Of a stretch of 64,000 nt of DNA, positions 48,289 to 56,560 are shown piece by piece (the first letter of the stretch is position 1; each line of letters begins with the position of its first letter). Under the pieces are notes generated by a model. That model did not search any database. It was given only the letters and a program-made list of their open reading frames with translations, and was not told the origin of the DNA. The stretch comes from Acidobacteriota bacterium (GTDB lineage Bacteria; Acidobacteriota; UBA6911; RPQK01; JAJDTT01): assembly GCA_965263035.1 (NCBI GenBank), contig OZ253580.1, forward strand, positions 4,768,001-4,832,000, in the 5' to 3' direction. The position numbers and the translations under genes are program-made.

Positions 48289-48711
48289 CTACGGCATCAC
48301 CTGGAGACCCTCCAATTCGGCGGCGATCGACAGCCGCTGGTCAAGACAGACGAATGTGAGAGGGGAACTCAATTGTTCTTGAACCAACATCGCGGCGGCA
48401 AGCTGACCGGCATCCGCGGCGCGCAAGGGATGCCGTGCCAACAGCAGGTTCGCTCGCGCTCGAACGGAGAGGATATCCGTTACCTCATCCCATTTGTTGG
48501 CGAAGGCTTCGAACACTCTGAGCAGGTTGCGACGCTCCAAGCGCGCAAGCGCCCCTTCACGTGTCCGACGTTCAATCGCGCTGACAATCCCGGTTCTTGT
48601 CCAGGCCCAGGTAATGATCCGGTCGTCTTCCGCCAATCGATCACGTGCCCAGCCGCTTTCGGCTTCCGCAATGATCAGCGGCACCAACGCAGATGTATCC
48701 CAGTACCTCAA
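48289..48711 (-). CDS. vapC: VapC-family PIN-domain toxin
   Basis: YWDTSALV, LRAADAGQLAAA, DQRL. Confidence 0.88.
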   Translation of the reverse strand: MRYWDTSALVPLIIAEAESGWARDRLAEDDRIITWAWTRTGIVSAIERRTREGALARLERRNLLRVFEAFANKWDEVTDILSVRARANLLLARHPLRAADAGQLAAAMLVQEQLSSPLTFVCLDQRLSIAAELEGLQVMP

Positions 48712-48989
48712 AACCGGTCCTTCCGATCCTCGGCCAACGCCTCGGAAATACTCACCGGCAACTCCAACGGAGGCTCGTCCAGAATAGCGGCAGCACCGCC
48801 TAGACCCGGTCTTATCACACCGTGGCTGATCAGCCGTTCTCGGGCTCCCTGGTCTTCCCCGGCTGCGGTTGCAACAAGTTTCGCGACCGGTTTGCCGCGG
48901 TCGAGAATCTGGACCTCGCCTCCCCGGCGGACCTCCCGAACATAGTGCGAGAGATTCGCCTTCAACTCGGAAATCGACACAGTAGTCAT
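48708..48989 (-). CDS. Phd/YefM-family antitoxin
   Basis: VSISELKANLSHYVREVRRGGEVQILDRGKPVAKL; overlaps the toxin start. Confidence 0.9.
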   Translation of the reverse strand: MTTVSISELKANLSHYVREVRRGGEVQILDRGKPVAKLVATAAGEDQGARERLISHGVIRPGLGGAAAILDEPPLELPVSISEALAEDRKDRF

Positions 48990-49020
48990 AGTGACTATTC
49001 TAGTCTTTTATTTCTGACTA
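48983..49020 (-). promoter_or_regulatory. Probable TA operator palindromes around a -10 box
   Basis: TAGTCATAGTGACTA over the start codon, TAGTC-N10-GACTA upstream, TAGAAT on the minus strand at 48997..49002. Confidence 0.6.
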
Positions 49021-49187
49021 ATTAAGTCCGAAAGCTTCAATTTGTAGGTTGAAGGATCTGGACAAATGCCGCGCCGTGGCAGAATCGACTTTATCCAGGT
49101 TTCCTGTTAGTCTCGCCGGGTTTCGAGCGGGCGGTCCCTGGTGCGGTGACGGCTCGTAGCGAATCCCATCCAACACGAGAGGCGCTC

Positions 49188-50183
49188 ATGGCATTGACAA
49201 CCGAAGCGACCCCCTCGAAAGGACTTGACCCCGCCGCCCGGCTGGACCTGCTGCGTCAGATGCTCACGATTCGGGCGTTCGAGTACCGGGTGGGGGAGTT
49301 CTACGAACGGGCCGAGATGCCGGGCATCACCCATCTCTCCATCGGACAGGAGGCGGTGGCCGTCGGCGTCTGCGCTCACCTCGACCGAAAGGACTACATC
49401 ACCAGCACCCATCGCGGACATGGCCACTGTTACGCCAAAGGCGCCAGCTTGGTCCCCATGTTCGGCGAGTTGCTGGGCAAGGCGAACGGATACTGCCGCG
49501 GCAAGGGCGGGTCCATGCACATCGCCGACCGGGAAACGGGCCACCTGGGAGCCAACGCCATCATCGGCGGGGGCATACCGCTGGCGGCAGGCGCCGCCCT
49601 CTCCGCCAAGGTGCTCCGGAATCGGGGCGTCGGCGTCTCATTCTTCGGCGACGGAGCCCTCAACGAGGGCATCCTGTTGGAAACGATGAACCTGGCCGCC
49701 ATCTGGAAGTTGCCCGCCATCTTTGCCTGCGAGAACAATCACTATGGGGAATACACCCCCACGGAGCAGGTGACCGCCGGCCGCCTCACGCTCCGCGGAG
49801 AGGCCTTCGGCATCCCCTCGTCGGAAGTCGACGGGATGGACGTCCTGGCCGTCTACGACGCCACGTATCCGGCGGTTCAACGTGCCAGGGAGGGTGGTGG
49901 CCCCAGCTTCTTCGTCTTCGACACCTACCGCTACCTGGGTCACGGCATGTCGGATCGAACCAGGCCCTACCGCTCGCGTGAGGAAGAGGACGAGTGGCGG
50001 AGCCGGCGAGACCCCATCGAGCGATTGAGAAAGCAGCTGTTGGAGGCGGGGCACTACACCGATCCGGAACTGGATGCCGTTGGAGAGGAGGTCCGGGCCG
50101 AGGTGGAGGAAGCCGCGCGATTGGCTCAAGAAGCGCCGTTCCCGGACCCGGAAGAGGTGGACCGACATGTCTTCGCAGACTGA
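49188..50183 (+). CDS. TPP-dependent 2-oxoacid/acetoin dehydrogenase E1 alpha
   Basis: GQEAV, THRGHGH, GKGGSMH, FGDGA...ENN TPP motif. Confidence 0.92.
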   Translation: MALTTEATPSKGLDPAARLDLLRQMLTIRAFEYRVGEFYERAEMPGITHLSIGQEAVAVGVCAHLDRKDYITSTHRGHGHCYAKGASLVPMFGELLGKANGYCRGKGGSMHIADRETGHLGANAIIGGGIPLAAGAALSAKVLRNRGVGVSFFGDGALNEGILLETMNLAAIWKLPAIFACENNHYGEYTPTEQVTAGRLTLRGEAFGIPSSEVDGMDVLAVYDATYPAVQRAREGGGPSFFVFDTYRYLGHGMSDRTRPYRSREEEDEWRSRRDPIERLRKQLLEAGHYTDPELDAVGEEVRAEVEEAARLAQEAPFPDPEEVDRHVFAD

Positions 50184-51168
50184 AGCTCGCCAACTGACCT
50201 TCAGCCAAGCCGTCAACGAGGCGATCCGGGAGGAAATGGATCGCGATCATCGAGTGATCCTGTTCGGTGAGGACGTGGCGGCGGCCGGAGGGGTCTGGAA
50301 GGTGACCGACGGACTCCTGGACCGCTTCGGGGCGGAACGAGTCCTGGATACGCCCATCTCCGAAGCCGGAATCGCCGGTTTGGGCGTGGGGGCGGCCATG
50401 ACCGGTCTGCGGCCCATCGTAGAGATCATGTTCGGTGACTTTCTGCCGCTCGCCTCCGATCAGATCGTCAACCAGGCGGCCAAGACGTATTACATGTCAG
50501 GCGGGATGACCAGCGTCCCCATGGTCTTCCTCACCTCCATGGGCGCCGGGCGCCGTTTGGCGGCTCAGCACTCTCAAAGCCTGCAAGCCTGGTTCGCCCA
50601 TATCCCCGGGTTGAAGGTGGTGCTGCCGTCAAGCCCCCAAGACGCCAAGGGCCTGATGAAGACCGCCATCCGGGACGAGAATCCAGTGGTCTTCCTGCAG
50701 GACAAGGTGGACATCTACCGGAAGGGTCCGGTTCCCGATCCTTCCCACGAGTACACCATCCCCTTCGGTCGCGCCGACGTGAAGCGGGAGGGGGACGATC
50801 TGACCCTGATCGCCACCTCCAGCATGGTCTGGCAGGCCCTGGACGCGGCTTCGGAGTTGGCGGACGAGGGCATCGAGTCGGAGGTCGTCGACCCGCGCAC
50901 CCTGGCGCCGCTGGACGAAGAGGCGCTGCTGGACTCGGTCCGAAAGACGGCTCGCTGTCTGGTGATCGACGAGGGCTACCAGCGCTATGGGGCGGGAGCC
51001 GAGATCGCGGCTCTGATCGGCGAGAATCTGTTCTACGATCTGGAGGCGCCGGTTCGCCGGCTCGGCGCCATGGACGTTCCGGTTCCTTTCTCGCCGACGC
51101 TGGAGGACCTGACCATTCCCCGCAAGGAGCAGATCGTCGAGATCGCCCGCCAGATGTTCGAAGACTGA
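50167..51168 (+). CDS. Dehydrogenase E1 beta subunit
   Basis: GEDV, DTPISEAG, AAQHSQ, DPRTLAPLD. Confidence 0.92.
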   Translation: MSSQTEARQLTFSQAVNEAIREEMDRDHRVILFGEDVAAAGGVWKVTDGLLDRFGAERVLDTPISEAGIAGLGVGAAMTGLRPIVEIMFGDFLPLASDQIVNQAAKTYYMSGGMTSVPMVFLTSMGAGRRLAAQHSQSLQAWFAHIPGLKVVLPSSPQDAKGLMKTAIRDENPVVFLQDKVDIYRKGPVPDPSHEYTIPFGRADVKREGDDLTLIATSSMVWQALDAASELADEGIESEVVDPRTLAPLDEEALLDSVRKTARCLVIDEGYQRYGAGAEIAALIGENLFYDLEAPVRRLGAMDVPVPFSPTLEDLTIPRKEQIVEIARQMFED

Positions 51169-51236
51169 CCGGTCGTCTACAACCGGGCCTCGCCATTGCC
51201 GGGAACTTTCCATCGATTCCAATTCGGAGAGGATTT

Positions 51237-52406
51237 GTGGCCACTGAAGTGATCATGCCTGCGCTGGAGATGTCCCAGGAGCAGGGCGTCCTGGTGCGTT
51301 GGTTCAAGTCCGAGGGGGAGTTCGTGGCCCGGGGCGAACCCCTGATGGAGATCGAGACCGACAAGGCGGTCATGGAGATCGAAGCCGCCGCATCCGGGGT
51401 CCTGTCCAACGTCACGGCCCGGGAGGGGGACGAGATCCCGGTGGGCCAGGGGATCGCGTGGCTCCTGAGCGAAGGTGAAGCGGCCCCCTCGCCGGCGGTC
51501 GGTGCGCCCGGAAAGCAGCGACCGTCCACTCGCCCCGCAACCGCCCGCCGCGCACGCGGCACAAAGACCGGAACCCGCACTCGCTCCCGGCGGGGAAGGG
51601 TCCGGGCGTCCCCCCGAGCCAGGAAGATGGCCCGCAAGTTGGGCATCGATCTGGCCACCGTCACCGGATCCGGCCCCAAGGGCGCCATCCTGCCCCGGGA
51701 TCTTGAGGCGCACGAGGCGGCTTCCAAAAAAGACGCCGCTGCGGAATCGGAATATCGCGTTATTCCCATCCAGGGAACGCGACGCTCCATCGCCCGTCGC
51801 ACGAGCGACAGCTACCGGAATGCCCCCCACATTTCTCTCTCCCTCTCCCTGGACGTGACCGACCTGCAAGCCAGGACGACTCCGCAACGCCGTCTCACGC
51901 CTTGTCTACTGAAAGCGGTGGCCGATGCGCTCATGAAACACCCCCGGCTCAACGCCCATCTGGTGGAGGAGGAGATCCGCGAGTTCAGGGCGGTTCATCT
52001 TGGGGTCGCCGTCTCTCTGGAAGACGGTCTCGTGGTTCCGGTTCTGCGGAACGTGGAGCAGAAGGGAATCGAACGGATCCAGACAGAACTGGCGGATCTG
52101 GCCGATCGATCCCGAAAGCGGAGGCTCCAGCCTGACGAGATGAAGGGAAGCACCTTCTCGGTCTCCAACCTGGGCATGTACGGCATCGAGCAGTTCACCT
52201 CCATCCTGAATCCGCCCGAAGTCGGGATCCTCTCGGTAGGGACCGTCCGCTCCGTGCCGGTGGTGGTGGACGGGCAGGTCGCCGTCCGTTCCAGGATGCA
52301 GGTGACCGTGAACGCCGATCACCGGGCCGTGGACGGCGCCGCGGCGGCCCGGTTTCTGCAGACCCTCAAGGAGTCCATCGAATCCGCCGGCGAGGCGGTG
52401 TCCTGA
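51237..52406 (+). CDS. Dihydrolipoamide acyltransferase E2
   Basis: Lipoyl ETDKA, E3-binding ASPRARK..GSGPKG, catalytic DHRAVDG. Confidence 0.92.
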   Translation: MATEVIMPALEMSQEQGVLVRWFKSEGEFVARGEPLMEIETDKAVMEIEAAASGVLSNVTAREGDEIPVGQGIAWLLSEGEAAPSPAVGAPGKQRPSTRPATARRARGTKTGTRTRSRRGRVRASPRARKMARKLGIDLATVTGSGPKGAILPRDLEAHEAASKKDAAAESEYRVIPIQGTRRSIARRTSDSYRNAPHISLSLSLDVTDLQARTTPQRRLTPCLLKAVADALMKHPRLNAHLVEEEIREFRAVHLGVAVSLEDGLVVPVLRNVEQKGIERIQTELADLADRSRKRRLQPDEMKGSTFSVSNLGMYGIEQFTSILNPPEVGILSVGTVRSVPVVVDGQVAVRSRMQVTVNADHRAVDGAAAARFLQTLKESIESAGEAVS

Positions 52407-52413
52407 GACCAAA
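52358..52413 (+). repeat. 56-bp direct repeat, copy 1 (E2 3' end and stop)
   Basis: 53/56 identical to 52800..52855. Confidence 0.9.
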
Positions 52414-52495
52414 CGTTGAATCAACCGGAGTTCCCAAAAAAATCAGGTCAACTCTTCGCAAGTGGTTGAAAACACGAGAGTCAGAAGATTCGACC

Positions 52496-52575
52496 GTAGG
52501 GGCGACCCTTGTGGTCGCCCTCCCCGGGCCGATCAGTAAGGGGCGACAGCGGGCACGCACAAGGGGCGCCCCTAC
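52496..52575. repeat. Inverted doublet of GTAG-foot REPs (REPIN-like)
   Basis: GTAGGGGCGACCCTTGTGGTCGCCC ... GGGCACGCACAAGGGGCGCCCCTAC. Confidence 0.75.
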
Positions 52576-52620
52576 GTCGCGATCCTCGTTCAACCCTGCC
52601 CCGATCACCGTGAAGTTGTC

Positions 52621-52800
52621 ATGCTAATCTCGAAGGATGGCACTAGCTTCGTTTTGGAAGAGGCTGATGGCTTCGAGCGCGAAGCGACCAAACTTGGCAA
52701 TAGCGATGTGTTCATGAAGTTTCTTGAGGACCGCTCACGCGAGGAAGGTGCGACTCCGATAGAACAATACGCTGAGGAGCTTGGCGCAAAAGATACATAG
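52621..52800 (+). pseudogene. 59-codon antitoxin-like fragment, probably 5'-truncated
   Basis: Manual translation MLISKDGTSFVLEEADGFEREATKLGNSDVFMKFLEDRSREEGATPIEQYAEELGAKDT; lower GC than flanks. Confidence 0.5.
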
Positions 52801-52855
52801 CAGACCCTCAAGGAATCCATCGAATCCGCCGGCGAGGCGGAGTCCTGAGGCCAAA
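52800..52855 (+). repeat. 56-bp direct repeat, copy 2
   Basis: GCAGACCCTCAAGGAATCCATCGAATCCGCCGGCGAGGCGGAGTCCTGAGGCCAAA. Confidence 0.9.
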
Positions 52856-52883
52856 TTCGCGGAGGTCGACTCTGCAGCTCGTT

Positions 52884-54611
52884 TTGCTGATCCTGCTGAT
52901 TCACGCCGGATTTCTCACCGGATACTCGCAGTCCCAAGACGACACAAACGGCATTTTCTCCGACGAGACAGACCAGGCGGGACTCGACTTCGTCCACTTC
53001 AACGGGATGTCGGGCAAGTTCTACTACTGCGAGATGGTGGGCGGAGGCGGCGCCCTGTTCGACTACGACAACGACGGAGACCTGGACCTCTACGTGGTCC
53101 AGGGGCATATGCTGGGGGAGGGCGATCCGTCAGGCGGCGCCGGCGCTTCCCGGGCCGAGCCGGCTCCCATGGACCGGCTCTACCGGAACGATCTGGTCGT
53201 GCAACCGGACGGAACCCGCCGGGTCCGCTTTACGGACGTCACCGCCTCCAGCGGGATCCAGGCACTGGGCTACGGGATGGGAGCGGCCGCCGCGGACTTC
53301 GACAACGACGGCTGGGTCGACCTCTACGTCATGAACTTCGGTCCCAATCAGATGTTTCGGAACCGGGGGGACGGCACCTTCATGGACGTCACGGGGCGGA
53401 CCGGCACCGGCGACGGGAGATGGGGCGTGAGCGCGGCTTTCCTGGACTACGACCGGGACGGTTGGCTCGACCTCTTCCTGGGCAACTACGTCGATTTCAG
53501 GTTCTCCAACCAGAAGCGGTGCCATGCTCCCAGCGGGGCCGTCGACTACTGCGGTCCCCTGGGTTACGAGCCGGTTCCCAACCGCCTGTATCGAAACCGG
53601 CGGGACGGAAGCTTCGAGGACGTGTCGGCCAGGAGCCAGATCTCGAGGGAGTACCATGGAGCGTTGGGCGTGGTGGCGGCCGACCTGAACTCCGACGGAT
53701 GGCCGGACGTCTACGTGGCCAACGACCAGAGACCCAACGACCTCTGGATCAACCAGAAGGACGGGACCTTCATGAACGAGTCCCTGCTCGCCGGCGCCGC
53801 CTTCAACCGGGACGGGATGGCCGAGTCCAGCATGGGAGTCGACGCGGCGGATTTCGACAACGACGGCGACGAAGACCTCTTCATGACCCATCTCAAGAGC
53901 GAGAAGAACACCCTCTACACCAATGACGGCACGGGTTTTTTCAAGGACGCGTCGCTGGAAGCCAATCTGGCCGTCTCCAGCCTCCCGTTCACGGCCTTCG
54001 GCACGCGATTCTTCGACTACGACAACGACGGCTGGCTGGACCTGTTCGCCGCCAACGGGGAGGTCAGGACCATCGAGACCCTGGCGAGACGGGGAGACCC
54101 GTATCCTCTGCATCAGCCGAACCAGCTCTTTCGCAACTTGGGCGATGGACGGTTCCAGGAAGTCACCAGCGAGGCGGGATCGGTGTTCCGGCTCTCGGAA
54201 GTCAGCCGCGGCGCGGCGTTCGGGGACGTGGACAACGATGGGGACACGGACGTGCTCCTATTCAACAACAACGGACGCACCCGGCTGCTGATCAACCGTG
54301 CCGGTTCGGTGAATCGCTGGCTGGGGCTGCGGCTGGTGGGCCGCGAGAGCAATCGGGACGCTTTGGGAGCCTGGGCCGGTGTGTTCAGGAAGGGCAAGCC
54401 AACGCTCTGGCGCCGCGTCCGGACTGACGGCAGCTACGCCTCATCCAACGATCCCCGAGTTCTGGTGGGGTTGGGCGAGACGCCGGAAGTGATCCGCGTG
54501 CGTGCCCAGTGGCCGAGTGGTCTGGTGGAAGAGTGGCCGGACATCGAGCCGGGCCGCTACGTCACGCTCAGGGAAGGGAGCGGGGAAAAGAAGGGGATGT
54601 CGACACGTTGA
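52884..54611 (+). CDS. CRTAC1-family protein, copy 5 (same subfamily as copies 1 and 2)
   Basis: DFVHFNGMSGKFYYCEMVG, VDYCGPL, GSYASSNDPR. Confidence 0.88.
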   Translation: MLILLIHAGFLTGYSQSQDDTNGIFSDETDQAGLDFVHFNGMSGKFYYCEMVGGGGALFDYDNDGDLDLYVVQGHMLGEGDPSGGAGASRAEPAPMDRLYRNDLVVQPDGTRRVRFTDVTASSGIQALGYGMGAAAADFDNDGWVDLYVMNFGPNQMFRNRGDGTFMDVTGRTGTGDGRWGVSAAFLDYDRDGWLDLFLGNYVDFRFSNQKRCHAPSGAVDYCGPLGYEPVPNRLYRNRRDGSFEDVSARSQISREYHGALGVVAADLNSDGWPDVYVANDQRPNDLWINQKDGTFMNESLLAGAAFNRDGMAESSMGVDAADFDNDGDEDLFMTHLKSEKNTLYTNDGTGFFKDASLEANLAVSSLPFTAFGTRFFDYDNDGWLDLFAANGEVRTIETLARRGDPYPLHQPNQLFRNLGDGRFQEVTSEAGSVFRLSEVSRGAAFGDVDNDGDTDVLLFNNNGRTRLLINRAGSVNRWLGLRLVGRESNRDALGAWAGVFRKGKPTLWRRVRTDGSYASSNDPRVLVGLGETPEVIRVRAQWPSGLVEEWPDIEPGRYVTLREGSGEKKGMSTR

Positions 54612-54713
54612 CATAGCAATGCGGTCTACGGACCCCATGACCCGGATACCGGGAACCGAACCTCCGTTCATGAGTGGCCTGACGACCGGCAACTACTGCA
54701 GCAGCGTGCACCT

Positions 54714-54879
54714 TAACAGCCCGTGGTAAAAGTCGTCACGGCATTCGACCGTCCCTGCATCGTGCGCGGACTGCGTTGCTATCGGCTCACATACTCCCGG
54801 TATGCTCCCTCCGTTGCGCCTGGTCCGGCGGGCGCAGGAACGGTCTCGGTGCTCGCGGGACTTTCACCACGGACTGCTA
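54714..54879. mobile_element. Complete 166-bp MITE-like element
   Basis: TA-ACAGCCCGTGGTAAAAGTC ... GACTTTCACCACGGACTGC-TA imperfect TIRs. Confidence 0.85.
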
Positions 54880-55425
54880 ATATATTTCGAAAACGATTCC
54901 AAACCCTGGACTCCACTATTTCCGAACCGGCTGTATTAGAATCGGCGTTTTCTTATATATATGATTATACGTATATTTCGGGACGCAAAGAAACAATATG
55001 GATTCCCGGCCGATATCAATTTTATCCCGCCGTTTTGATTGGCTACACAACCAGCTGCAAATTGTCGTTCGGTTCTCGCAGGAAACCTGAAATTAGTTCA
55101 GTGTCTCGGAATTTACGCGCTTCTGGCTCTCCATGCATTGCATTTCTTGCAATATAGGGCGTCTTTATTCGATTATTCCCCGGGGTACGTTGATAATCGT
55201 TTCCGATGACGGAACGGTGGCAGAGGATAAGCGTTTTCGTCGTACAATCGGCGATCCCGCGGGAAATACCGCACGGAGGCAGGGCAGTGCACTATATATT
55301 GACTATTCCGGAAAATAAATAAGAAATCTATTTTATCGCAATAAAAAGACGATTTCCCATCGGAAAATAGTGAGCGGCAGACCTTGTTCGAAGGGGTGTG
55401 TCTGGTGTAGGATGAAAACGTGCAC

Positions 55426-55546
55426 GAGCCAGCCGGGTGCGGCAACACCCGGCTGGCTCTAAACCAACTCGTCCTATGCTGGAGGAAGAGCCAGCCTGAG
55501 TCCTATTCTACTCGACCCAGAATCCGGTTTCAGTCCAGCATAGGAC
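55426..55546. other. Structured non-coding element: 15-bp stem hairpin plus a 13-bp inverted repeat overlapping a GGAGG
   Basis: GAGCCAGCCGGGTGC-GGCA-ACACCCGGCTGGCTC; GTCCTATGCTGGA (55471) / TCCAGCATAGGAC (55534). Confidence 0.6.
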
Positions 55547-55850
55547 GTCCTCTCTAAAATGGTGGCAGGAAAAGTGCCCGAATTTCTCCGGTTGTCGACG
55601 TTATCTTCAAGATCGACTGTCGGGGCGTTCAGGAATCTGCGCCGGAGGTGGCCATTACGGATTCCTCATGGCGCCATCCCTCCTGCACGATGCCGGCGGC
55701 GAAGAGATTAATTCAGCGCCGGCATCACCGACGGACCGGATCCACACTCCACCTGCAGGAATGACGCCGGCCGTGCTGGCAGTGCCGGCTGAATTGGGCC
55801 GGAGACGCTGGTTGAGTCGACCGGACGCTGAATCAACATTTGGAAGTACG

Positions 55851-56105
55851 ATGATGTCGGAGAATCGAAAGCTGTTTGGCTTGAATGACATCCAAGCCAT
55901 CCGCTTGATCTGCCTCAGTTGCAACGAAGAGCTCCTCTTCCCGAAACACATTCCGGCAAGCGATCATTGCCCCCACTGCAACGTCCGGTTGGATGCGAGA
56001 GGTCTGGAACCGGTCACCGAGCTGAACCTGGCGCGGATCATCCGGCAACTCACTCAGGATCCTAGCGGACTCCTGGACATCCGTTTCGAGGTCATGGACC
56101 CGTGA
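55851..56105 (+). CDS. Small Zn-ribbon hypothetical protein (84 aa)
   Basis: CLSC...CPHC; start placed at ATGATG 55851. Confidence 0.65.
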   Translation: MMSENRKLFGLNDIQAIRLICLSCNEELLFPKHIPASDHCPHCNVRLDARGLEPVTELNLARIIRQLTQDPSGLLDIRFEVMDP

Positions 56106-56148
56106 TCCAGGATCGCGCAAACGACATCCGGGACTTACCTGAGTCCCT

Positions 56149-56314
56149 TACCAGCCCGTGGCAAAAGTCGTCACGGCATTCGACCGTCCCTGCATCGTGC
56201 GCGGACTGCGTTGCTATCGGCTCGCATACTCCCGGTATGCTCCCTCCGTTGCGCCTGGTCCGGCGGGCGCAGGGCCGGTCTCGGTGCTCGCGGGACTTTC
56301 ACCACGGACTGTTA
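56149..56314. mobile_element. Complete 166-bp MITE-like element
   Basis: Nearly identical to 54714..54879, same orientation, TA at both ends. Confidence 0.85.
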
Positions 56315-56560
56315 AACGACCGACTCCGATCCGGCCCGTACACCAGGCGACTCCCCAGCCGGGAATCCTTCCACATCACCTCTTTGGCGCAACCCGACCT
56401 CAACGATCGGGTTGACGCTGATGGTGAAGCACCCAATCCGGTGCAGGACGAAGGCATTTGCGGCAACTCGATGAGATGGCGGTCCACGGATTGACAGGGG
56501 TAGGATGTGTTTATTGCATAGAAGGCCGACGAATACCGACCGGAGCCGAGCGGAGGAAAC

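Noticed and set aside
43012-52855. Integron cassette array for the TA genes
   Set aside because: No intI and no convincing attC sites; genes are dispersed and in mixed orientation
20690-52855. Shared GAxxCCAAA junction motif (near 20692, 43854, 52405, 52847) as a recombination site
   Set aside because: Too short and too few instances to distinguish from chance without genome-wide counts
54723-56494. ORFs 54723..55157, 56102..56494 and 56158..56415 (also 24617..24904) with similar translations
   Set aside because: The similarity comes from reading through MITE copies, not from a protein family
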